In this document: positions 12,313 to 24,500 of the stretch, one piece after another
How positions within the stretch are numbered: position 1 is the first letter of the stretch
Layout of the letters: the number at the start of each line of letters is the position of its first letter
Notes under the pieces: generated by a model
Seen by the model: the letters and a program-made list of their open reading frames with translations, nothing else
Told to the model about the DNA's origin: nothing
Databases searched by the model: none
Program-made: the position numbers and the translations under genes
Origin: Paramecium tetraurelia
Taxonomy: Eukaryota
Assembly (NCBI GenBank): GCA_000165425.1
Contig: CT868096.1
Coordinates: 764,601-828,600 of the forward strand
Length of the DNA stretch: 64,000 nucleotides
Direction of reading: 5' to 3'

Positions 12313-15300
12313 TCAAAAATATAAATCTAAATCTATTTTACACAATTTATCATATGGTAAAGATTATATTTACTATAACTGTTATTTCTTTTGCATTATT
12401 TTTTAATTATTGTTCTAGCTACCATTTGAATTCATTTTACTGCTTTTCATTTAGTGTCTCTCGCACATGTAATTACTCAAACTTTCAACATAAGGAGGAT
12501 CAATAGTCCATACTCCACTTTATACCCAATTGGTCGTTAAATTTTTAATAACTTAAAATCCCTTTCCTAAATTGTTATCAAATAATCCACGTAGACAAGC
12601 ATAAGTGCAATATATAATCGAAATATTATTGGAATAAGAACTGAGTACTCTGACAATCTAATACTCCTTTCGATTCAAATAATTGCATTTTTAGATGAAT
12701 GGCTTGAAATGACATTGCATAAGAATAGTGCCATTCGTACCACACCAAAATAATTGTTTATTTAGTACACAAGAACATTTCATGCCAGCCATTACCTAAT
12801 CTCCACTCATTTATGATAACTTAGGTTTGTTGATGTTCTCAAAGTCACCAGTTCCCAATTAGCCATGCTCATTACATCCCCAAATAAATACTTTTTTCAG
12901 AGAACTTAAAGCTATTACATGCTTATATCCACATTCCACCTAAATTATTTTTTCATTAAATGGCAATCTTTCCACTTGTTCTCTAGTTTTGTTATCCCCT
13001 AATCCCAATTGACCTTTCTCATTTTGACCATAACCGTACAACCCTCCATTTTCACTTAAAAGTATTGTAAATGCACTTCCACATGACAATGAGGTGATTT
13101 TCACATTCATTTAAATACATTTTAATTAATCATACACTTTACCTTCTGATATAAACAGGATTCTATTTCTATAAGCCTTGATAAATTCAACATTCTCGTG
13201 TAACAACTTAGGATGCTAAATATATTTATGTTAAAGACAACCCCAAATAAACAACCTATTATCATTTTGTTATAAGAGACAATGATTTTATCCCATTGAC
13301 ATACTTTTCATCTTCCCAGTAAAACTCAATGGGGTTGGATTATGTTTCTCTCCGTCCTATGTGAATCCTAATTAACTCATATCATTTAAGCCCCAACCAT
13401 ATAATTTATTACAACATGCCCCAATTGTTGTATTTTCACCAACTTAAATAAATTATAATGGATTTTCCTTTTCAAAACTTTGGATAAATAAATCCTTGTA
13501 GTTCGATGCAAATGTTCCATTATAACTATCAGAAGTATCTGAGATGATCTCCAAATCTATAATAAAAGCAAACAAATATATTTTAGGCTAAATCAATGAT
13601 TCCATCCCCAAAATCAATGCTGAATCATAATCAGTTTTTTAACCCATTTTTAATCCAAATAGATCACTCTCCTCCTGTAACTTTTGCTGTTGTAATTATT
13701 ATTCTAGTGGTAAAATGTATTGATCATATTATTATTTTAATTCTCTTCTCCTTGGTAATATCATTCTAAATCTCCTCTGAATTATTACAGCAGCTTATCT
13801 CATTCTCTAAAATACACAACTCAAATGTTTCATTCTAAAGAAACCTTGAATTAAATAGGCCGCTTCATGCATTTTGCTTAATCTCACTCTTACAATATAT
13901 CCTCTAGCCCATCTCTAAATAGTTTTTATTCTTTTTTCCATTCTTATTCTTCTTCCTACTTCCTTAATTTATTAGATTTCTTTTTTGTGATGTTTTCTAG
14001 TATAATAACCTCGATAGTATTTTTATATTATTATGGCAGCATTAAATCTTACCTAATCCCAAGATTTATCAATAACAATGTTCAAAATTCTTCTAATATT
14101 TAAATATTACATAATTCTCTTTTAAATTCTGCTAATTCTAAAATTTTTTTGTATTTTCCTTATGCATTCTATTTTTTTTTTAAATTTATTCTGATGTATT
14201 TTACTTAAAATAGCATACTTTAAATATTCAATCTGTTTTTTATATAACTTTTATTTCTTTCTGATTTAGTACATATAATAAAATTTTTGAATGAGAGTAG
14301 CAGCTTTCATTTTTTTTCTAAATTGTATTTTTCTTAATTTTCTTTTAATCTTTTTTGCAACTCTTTTAATCATTGCCATAAACTTTTTGAATTTCTCTCT
14401 CAATTAACCTCTTCGAAAAGCAGATTAAATACATCTAGCCTTATCATTCTTCTCTTTCATCAATAATGTGTAAATCTTATCAATCTAGGTCATTCCTGCT
14501 TCTTATATAAAGATTTATGTATTTCCAAATAAATATAAATCCTTAGGTAATTCACTAAATTATTCCTAGAACATTTTTTAATCCAATGCTTTATAATCTT
14601 TATTTAACGGATCCTAAAACCCACCTTCTTAAATGAATCTATATTTTAGGTAAAACCTCCAAAAGTCTACTCGAATAGGGAATGATTCTTTTCTAACTTT
14701 TAATGAGTCTAAAACACCTAAATATCGAATTTATTTCATGGCATATTTATTATCTAATTTATTTGGAACCAATTCATCATTTGGTTTGATACATCGAATA
14801 AAATGAACTCCACACGATTGTAATTCTGTCATTAAACTTTTCATTTCATTTTTAATCTTAACAACAATTGACTTTGGTTTTGGTTATAATTAGACCATCT
14901 AGCTATTACATTTTGCTTCTAAAAGTAATTATGGAATTTCATCTTGATTTTTTTCAACAAATTCTTAGCAAGTATATTCTACATCTTTAGCAGTATGCTT
15001 TATAGTAAATGTAGGCTTTACAGAACTGGCAAATTTGAGTTCTTTTCTAAAAGATTATAATAATTATTAGTCAGATTAATTTAACCTACATGCTTAATCA
15101 ATAAGATTAAAAAAACAAACAGGAGGTTTATCAAACATATCAATCAATTAAGTGTTGTCTTCAAATTTAATACTATCGACAAATTTTTCTAGACCTTCTC
15201 TTACAAATATTTTTTTCTCTTCTTTGAAAACGTATTCAATATATAATTAATGCAGTCTTTCATTTGAATAATTAATCATCATTTACTCAAATCCATTAAA

Positions 15301-16506
15301 ATTATCGAAAACTTCAAAACCATAGATATCCAATAGACCAATATATGTTGTTTTTTCCTGTTTAGTAATCAAGGTTTCATTAAGCTTCTCTATAATCCAA
15401 TTAAATAATCTTTCATAAATTTCTTTAGCCCAAGAATCCCTTATTCTTATACAATCAAGTAATTTAATAGGTGACATAATCTTTTCTTTTCCATAGATAG
15501 CTTACTTTAAGGTTAATGCCTTAACAATATCGTTGAAATCATAATCTAATAATTAGCAAATTTATTTCAATAGATCCTCGTTTTTTACACTACAAGGATT
15601 GGTGTTACCATAATTGCTATCATCAAATTATAATTCTCCTATCAATAAAACAGAATAAACAACTTAAAATACGGCTTCAGCATCAATATTAACAGTAGTG
15701 AATGCTTAGATCAATTCATCAAAAAATTTCTAACTGAAATAATTATCTGTGCCCAAATAATTAAAATTTTATCTTTAATACTTTGGATTGCCAAATAATA
15801 AATAAAATATGTGAAAATTTCTATCTGATTTGGAATGTGAAACAACTCTACTCTTTTCCAACAGATAATTTACAATGTCTCCTCCAACAATTTATTATTT
15901 TTAATTAACAAAGAGTCTAGTATACTTTCCAAATCTACTGGAATTCTTGTTTCTAATTGTTTTAGCATTACCAAATGCTTCTAAGATTGGATTACACCCC
16001 ATAATCTTATCAGACAATTCACTTTCTTCGGAATTAACACTGGTTAATAGATTAAGACAATATCTTGCATTTTCTGTTTTGCCTGCTCCACTTTCCCCTG
16101 ATATGACGATGGCTTAAGTTTTTTCAGTCAATTTGGTAAAAGCATATGCAGCAATTGCATAGGTGTGAGGTGTAATTGATTTATAGTTATGACGTTTTCT
16201 AATAATATATTCTACATATTCTTATAGATTTGCATCGAGACTCTTAAATGGATTAATAACAATCAGAGTTGGTCCAACATATGTAAATATTTAATCGTTT
16301 TTGTATCTCTCACTTAAGTTATATAAAAGTTATGGATCATTAATTATAGCCAGATTGACCATGTCTGCTTAAACATCCTCACATCTTTCCCACACCTGTC
16401 CATTCAATTTCCGACCATTTTCTTCACTTATATAGTTGTTTCCATCTGCAATTATACCTTTTATAAAATTATCACTCTCTAAAACCCAAACTTTATTACT
16501 AAACAT
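12313..16506 (-). CDS. Myosin heavy chain with multiple IQ motifs and RCC1-repeat tail
   Basis: [16 protein letters not shown]-loop [46 protein letters not shown]. At least 5 IQ-like motifs. RCC1 repeats ([25 protein letters not shown]). 4194 nt with start and end in the same frame, so apparently intronless. Confidence 0.95.
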
Positions 16507-16538
16507 TCTAGAATAATAGTGATGTGTTAATTATTTTA

Positions 16539-17897
16539 ATGAACAAAGTTATCTGTCTTCTTTCACTATTGTTGGCTACTTCTTATGCACTTTATGACTC
16601 AAGATCCAAAGTACAACTCCTAACCCCTCAGACTTTCAGAGAGAAGGTGCTAAATTCTAAATCTCTTTGGATAGTGGAATTCTTTGCTCCATGGTGTGGT
16701 CATTGCAAAGCCCTTGCCCCAGAATACGAAAAAGCAGCAAAAACATTAGAAGGAATTGTGAATATAGCTGCAGTGGATGCAGATGCTCACAAAGATCTCG
16801 GAGGACAGTATGGTATTTAAGGATTCCCTACAATCAAATTTTTCGGAGAAAACAAAAATTCTCCATCTGATTATCAAGGAGAAAGATCAGCATAGGCAAT
16901 AATCAACTTTGCATTAGAATAAGTCAAATCGGTAGATATCTTTTCTATTTATTTTAGACTGTAAATGGTAGGTAAAAAGGTAGTTCTTCAAATAAAAATC
17001 AATAAAAATAATCCTCTGGTTCTGGATCTGGCTCAGGATCAGGATCAGGATCAGCCGATGATGTTATTGTTCTTACAGATTCAAATTTCGATGAAAATGT
17101 TCTAAAATCTAAGGATTCTTGGTTTGTTGAATTTTATGCTCCTTGGTGTGGTCACTGTAAGAAACTAGAACCAGAATGGAATAAATTAGGATCAGAACTC
17201 AAGGGAAAGGTCAAAGTGGCTAAGGTTGATGCCACTGCAAATACCTAATTAGCCACTCGTTTCGGAGTTTCAGGATATCCAACTTTGAAATTCTTCCCTG
17301 CAGGTTTCTCTAATGATTCAGAAGCAATCTCTTATGATGGAGCCAGAGATTCTTCTGCAATGATAGAGTATGCTTTAGAATAATCTAACAAATCAAAGAA
17401 GGTGGAAGTAGTAGAGTTACTATCAAAAGATGTTTTAACAGAAAATTGCATAGATTTCAATGGTATTTAATTATTTTTATTATTTAGGTGTGTGTATTAT
17501 TGCTTTTCTTCCTCACATTTATGATAGTAATAAGTAAGAGAGAAACTAATATATCAATTAATTATTAGAAGTGGCAAAATCTTTAAAAAATAAACCAGTC
17601 AATTTCTTATGGACTTAAGGAGGAGATAACTACGAATTTGAAGAAGCATTCTAATGTGCTGCAGCTCATCCTTCTGTTATGGCTTTGAGTGGTAGAAAAT
17701 CTGTTTATGCTAAACTCAAAGGTGCTTTTAGCAAATAAAATATCGAATAGTAATCAAATTATATTAACTTTAGATTTGTCAATAATGCATTAAACGGAAG
17801 AGAACACTTCAATCAATATTCTAGGCTTCCTAATTTTAAAAAGGTTGAAAAATGGGATGGATAGGACCACAAACCAGTTTATAATGATGAATTTTGA
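16539..17897 (+). CDS. PDIA6: Protein disulfide isomerase, P5/PDIA6 type
   Basis: Signal peptide, two WCGHC thioredoxin domains joined by a GS-repeat linker, b domain, C-terminus NDEF*. Confidence 0.93.
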
Positions 17898-18031
17898 TTA
17901 TTTTGTGATTGAATAATTTATCGTTATCATTGTTTAAATTTCTTATATTTTTGTATATTTTATTGAAATAGTATTATTCCTTCAATTTCCTTAATTATTA
18001 AAGAAATAAAATTATTAATTGTATATTTCTG

Positions 18032-18629
18032 ATGCAGCAGGAAGAAGAACAATATTCTTGTTTAGAGGAGTTCTTTATTGACAGTTGCAGATTTGGGTAA
18101 GCATTTAATACATAGTTAGAGATTATGAAGATGCGATTGGATGCTTTGAAGATAATGTTGATTTATTTTGGATTGACATTAATTAAAATAATTGCATTCG
18201 TATATTTACTCATATTTTAATTAGATATGGTATCGGCTAATGGTCATTTATCTATTCTTGTAGAAATTATCTAGTATTCAAAAAAAAACAATATTGATCT
18301 GCATAAACTAATAAATCATTAAAATCAATATGGTTGTACCCCTCTACGTAAATAATCCAATTTTATTGAGATTGGGCTGTATTCAATAATTAATTAGCTA
18401 TAATACCAGTATTGTTGTAGAATGGAGCAGATATTTCAATCAAAAACTTAAACGGATTAACATGTATAGACGAAGCTGTCTCACTTGATAAAACAGAAGT
18501 TGTAGTAAGGCATTCTATTATTCTTAGGAATTGTTATCAAAAAATATATCTTTAACCGAAGACTAATAATAGACCTTTAATGAAGCTACTGATATAATAG
18601 AATAGGATGATGAAGATTCAGTTGAATGA
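18032..18629 (+). CDS. Small acidic ankyrin-repeat protein (Yar1-like)
   Basis: 'NNCIHMVSANGHLSIL' and 'GCTPLHWAVFNNQL...LLQNGAD' ankyrin repeats, acidic tail, several tiny introns. Yar1 similarity is inference. Confidence 0.8.
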
Positions 18630-18731
18630 TTGTTTATATATTTTTATAGTTAATACAAAATAGACTTACTTTGTAACAAAAATAATACTAATGCTTTGTA
18701 ATTTTAATTATTTAATAATCAAAAATTAACA

Positions 18732-20873
18732 ATGAGCGTTAAAAAACAATCATATGCAGGAAGCACAACAGATTATTCAGAAGCTATGTTTCAACCAAAT
18801 TTTACACAGAGAAACCTAAGCCTGAACTAAAATTACCAATTACCTCCCTAAAATCAATAATTTGCTCAATAATAGCCATTTCAAAACTAAAGGATTTCAT
18901 TTGGTTAAGGGGATATGTGTCAACCTTAACAAACTATGCCAAAGCAAAGATCTGACTACAACTATCAACCTCAATATCCAGTAACTGACATAAATAGTAC
19001 ATTTACAATGCTGCCCAAAGTATTTGAAATGGATTAAGATTTCTTACCTTAAGAAATCCTATTCCTGTTATCAGAAGAGAATAATCATCTTGATAGATTC
19101 AGAAAAAAAGTAGATAGGGAAAAGGAAAAAATCAAAAGAGATGTTAGCTCCATTAAGTTGGAAATTTCAAATATGATTGAAGATCTTGGAGTTTAGATGT
19201 AACAGTTTGTAGATGAACATTATAAAAGATATTTGAATGTTTATGCTGCATTTAAGGATGAGGTTATTCAATTTAAGAAAACAAAGTTAGAAGCCCCTCT
19301 AAATCTAGTACCTCCTCCACCCCCAAATAATTTTGGAGACTGTTCAAATGCTAACTTGATCAAAGAGTTAGAAGAAATGAAATATTAAAATTATGTTAGC
19401 AAAGTAAATGCATACATAAGCAATTTGGCCAGATAAAGAGTTGAATAAATATAAATTGTTTCAAAAGAATTATTATAATTGACAAGTCAGAATAGCGAAT
19501 TCTATCACTCAGAAGCAACTTTGAGATAACTGAATATTATAAAATAAGAAGTGGAAGAAAGATTAATTACCAAATTTGGTGACATGACCAACTACATCCT
19601 ACCTTTAGATTTTATGGAACAAAGTTAGTAGAAGTAAATGCCTTAGGAAATTAAAAGTTAAAGTAAACTCAATCTGGAGACATAATCTCTTCCTTAATCA
19701 GCTATCAAAATAAATCCTTACTTAAATATCTAGGAGCCAAAATTAACTACTCTAAACTTTGAGCAGCAATTGAATTAATTTAATCAATCCTCATAGACAA
19801 TATAATAGTCTCCAATCCTATAATTACAAAATCACTTTATAAATACGCATACGATTTAAGGGAAGGTCACTGAATTATAAGAAATTTAGTCCTAAGATAT
19901 TAGACATAATGGAATGATACTTTGTTTTATCAATATCAAAGACAACCTTATTGCCACTGGGTCTAAAGATACTTTCATTAATATTTGGGATAATTCTTCT
20001 CTGGTATCTTAATTGAAGGGTCATACTGATGGGGTTTGTACATTAACTACTATTAAAGCAAATAATGTGCCTTTCTTCTTAGCATCTGGAAGTGATAATG
20101 GAGATAAATCAATTAAGATATGGAATTTATCAACTTTAAAAGAGCATAACACTTTAGTAGAACATCAAGCAGCTGTAGTTGCATTATTATCATTGGATGA
20201 TGGGTCAACTCTTGTTAGTGGATCATATGATAAATCCTTATTAATTTGGAATATCGATAATTAAAAACCAATTTAAAGATTAACTGTTCATTCAAATGCT
20301 GTAACTTGTCTCACTTTAGCAAAAGGAAGATTCATTTCCGGAGGATTAGATCAAAATATCAATGTGTGGAAAATTATCAAAAATGCTTAAGGATAGTTTT
20401 AATAAGCATAATTAGAAAGAACTATAAAAAATCAAACTCTTGTTTGTGCTTTGAATATTGTTTAGATCCAAAATAATGTATTTAATATAATAATTTATAG
20501 ATCAAAATTATTAGTGGAGGAAAAGATGGTAAACTTAGAGAGTTTGATGTCAATACTGGTGAACTATTGTCATCATAGCAAGTAACTAATGGTCCCATTG
20601 TGGAAATGATTGTTGCATAAGATTATGTGAATTATTCGATTATCTCAATGTCAAATAAAGTAACAATATTTATAGATTATCCAATAGGATAGAAATTTAG
20701 TGATGACCAGTTAAGGAGTAAATAAAGTTTTGGATACAAATGACCAAGTATTCATTGAGTTTGGATGTGGAGTTTACCCAAAAATGGAAGTTGTCGATAA
20801 AGGAGGACAATTATAGTTAAATATTATCTCATAAAAGCAGGACATTTAGAAGATATTTAAGTATATCATTTGA
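18732..20873 (+). CDS. Coiled-coil plus C-terminal WD40-repeat protein
   Basis: Q/P-rich N-terminus, coiled coil, repeats such as 'GHTDGVCTL...LASGSDNGDKSIKIWN' and 'LVSGSYDKSLLIWN'. Confidence 0.88.
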
Positions 20874-20918
20874 TTTAAAACATATATATATATCAAAGAT
20901 TAATTATTATCTATCTAT

Positions 20919-21476
20919 TCAACATTTTAGTTGTTCTATTAATTGAATAATTTAACTATAAATCCCTTCTATTGATGATTGTTATTCATTTAACTCTTTT
21001 ACGCATCTTTATTATTAAATGATTTATTGATCTGGATCTATTAATTCAAGCTATTTCTCTTGTGCCTATCTTAATAATTGAATAAATTAAGTTTTATATT
21101 GAAATGGAATATTAATATAAACCGATCCATCATTTCTTATAAAGCTTTTTGTATCATTATTATGTTGTACACATATTTAGCATTTTTATAAACATAACAG
21201 AACCTCATTGATTATTTTCTCTAAACTATCCAATTATTATATTCTTTATTCAAATTTCTTAGGGTCAATCATATCTCCAAATTATTAATCTATAATTTGT
21301 ATTGCCAACTTTTATTTCATTTCTTATATTTTATTTGCATTGTTTAATATTGTTATATAATCAAATTACAGTTTTTCATCTGATTGCAATTAATATTTTT
21401 TATTTAGGATGTTGTAACAAACCCCATATGTAATTTATTATTAGGCAACTGCTTGTTATGTCCATGGATTCTTCAT
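20919..21476 (-). CDS. Hypothetical protein (185 aa)
   Basis: Uninterrupted frame ATG 21476 to TGA 20919-20921 (558 nt) under the ciliate code. Confidence 0.65.
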
Positions 21477-21561
21477 TAAATGTTTACTTCTTTAAATTTT
21501 GAATTTGTTGTTAATAATTCAAATTAATAAAAATGGACTAATAGTTTTTATTAATATATAA

Positions 21562-24500
21562 ATGAAATAAGCCTTATTAAAATTAAGAGACAATAAATTA
21601 CTTGAGGCATTCTCTTACTTTGAATAGCATAAGCCCTTTGAAGAAGGAGCTTAAATACTTATAAAATACTCCCTCACTTAAGAGTCAAATATTAAGGAAT
21701 TGATATATAGATGGATTCTTCGTAATACAAATTCGCCAAATATCAAATTAGATGTATATAACTTATTAGGTAATTCTTTTTTAACACTAAGGTTGTACTC
21801 TGACAAACAAAGATCAATAAATCGAGATCTTAAACGAAGCCCTAAAATTGACTGTTGCACATGAATTAAATCCCTCTACAACCCTAATCAATTTAACGCA
21901 TCTATTCTAAACTCAAACAGCACCAGAGAGCATTACAAATTGCATTACAATCAATTGAGTGTTCAGTTGGCAAATAATTGGTAATCGCATATCATAATGC
22001 AGCTATCGAATACAAAGCATTATCATAGGATGAATAAAGCAAAAGATTTCATGAAAAAGCATACGAATAGAGTGTTGAACTATTTGGACACTAAGACCCC
22101 CTGACTTAAAAATTAACTAAATATGTAGAAAAATTACCTCCAAAACAAATACCTGTTTAAAATAAATTTAGATTAAGAAGTGCCTCAAGACACGGAGAGG
22201 AGACAAAATCCTTTTACTACAAAAGACCTATATCAAGGATTGATTCATTCACACAGTCATTAAATTAATCTATCAATCAATCTGATGATGCCAATTATAA
22301 ATCCAATAGTTAAATCAAAGGTAAAAGACAGAAAACTTTGAATTAATCGTTTTTGACATCAAGTAATGACTTTAATGAAGAAGAGGAATGCGTGATTTCA
22401 AAATAATTGCAAAATGAAATTGAGACTTAAAGTAAAATCAGATAAAGATTTTTGTAATCTATTCATCAATAAAACATCTAACTACTAGAGAGAAAACTAA
22501 AAAAAAGAAACAGTTATCATATTAATTTCTCTTAGGAATCCATAGTAAATGTTGAATGTTAGGATTAAAAATCTTAAGATTTTATTCATTTTGAAAATTA
22601 ACAGCCCGATGGATAATTTGATTCTATGATACCTATAAATTAATAAGAAGATCTTACCTATGATGATCAAGAATTAATTATCAATTAGATTAGGGGATTT
22701 GAATCATAAAAGGAAATTACATTTGCATCGTTTGCTAATTAAGAAACATTTGAAAATACTTTTGAGTAAAAGAATAAATAGGGAAATGCCATTTGTAAGA
22801 TATAAAAGTGGTATCGCAAAAAATAAAGGAATCACTCCCTTAAAAATAATTAAATTAACCCACAGGTTCAAGCGTAGGCAGCTCTCAAAATATAAAGATC
22901 TTATAGAAGAATGCTCTAATAGAGATTGATGCAACTGAAGAAAAAAAATAAAAAATATGTAAAATACTTAACAATATCTAAATTATCAATAGAAAACGAA
23001 TAAGAATATTGCTTAATAATTGCTAAGAAGTACTAGAATGAGATCTTATATGTGATTAATGAGTTGAAGAATAAGCGATAGAGGAAAAGAGCAAAAGTTT
23101 ATAGATAAAGTTTTGAATTAGAGCAGTTACATTCTAAGTATCGTTCATTTGATGAATTTTGTTAAAAAACTAATATGTCAGCAAGAATGAACTTAATTGC
23201 TTATAAATAGGCTCGAGCAATCAATTATAAAGAAATTAGCACCTTATTTTATGTTCATAATAATTAGCTTAATTTATATGGAGTCACAGATGCTTTATCA
23301 AATGAATTGATGGAGTCTGATATTGATGAAAAAACTTCAATTTCTTCTCGTAGATCACCAATTAAATTAACTAAATTAATGAAACTATAGTCTTTATTGA
23401 GGGGATATTTGGCAAGAAAATAGTAAGAGTTAATTAAAAATCAGAAATATAAACATAAGAGATTTATAGAAAAGATCTAAGGAGGTTATTTCATTTTAAT
23501 TTTTAAAGAAGAAAATGTGATACAATTCTACAATCTTTAACAAAAGAATTTATGTGAAAACGAGATGATCATTCCTGATTCAGTCATTAAATTTTTTGGT
23601 CCAATCAATAGATAAAATTGTAGTGAGATATTTTATGCTACTAATAATAAGATATTATTTACTGACGATGCTCAATATATTATTGATAAAGATACTAGAT
23701 CAAAGGAGAAGATTGATTATACTTTATTAGAGAGAGCCGCCAAGAAAATTTAAAGAGTGTTGAGAACTAAGATAAAATTCTTTGATTCATCAATACTAAA
23801 ATATAAAGCCATAACTTTAAAAGCAAAATAATGTTAATTATTATTTAAAATAAGAAAATCCATTTTGTTTGAATAAAAATATCATATTATCTTAACTGCC
23901 TCTGGTTAAATTTATTAAGAACATTAAGAATTGCTTATTGAAGGAGGAATCGTATAAAAGAAGTATTCTAATCTTAAAATTGCTTAATGTTGTCAGAGAT
24001 TGTTTTAGGATATATCCATTTCTGATTTCACTCAAGTGACCAAAATAATTTTGGATGAAATTGACTTTGAATGGAAAAACGAAAAACTTCATTTAAAATG
24101 TCATAGTTTAGAAGAAGTTTATGGATTTCTTATGGAGAGGTAATTAATAAGTTTGATTATATAGAAATTATTCTTCATTTAAGGAAAGCTTGAAGGATGC
24201 TGCAAACAAAGAACCCACCTTCTTAGGCAGAAATTACTTAAGTAGGAAAATATATTGTTAGTAATATCTAAAGAACAGATTTGAAATTGAGGACAGACCG
24301 ACAATATTTTGTACAATGCCAGATCCTTCTGTTTATCAAATTACATACATAAAGAATCTTTATTTAGAGAGATTAAAGAAAAAGTATGAGTAAAAGAGAA
24401 AGGATAAGCAGGTTGGAAACAATATCAATCATTATGTTAATAAATTTCCTTCTGTTTTTAATTATGAATGGATTCAAGATCCTGATGAACTATATTTGGA

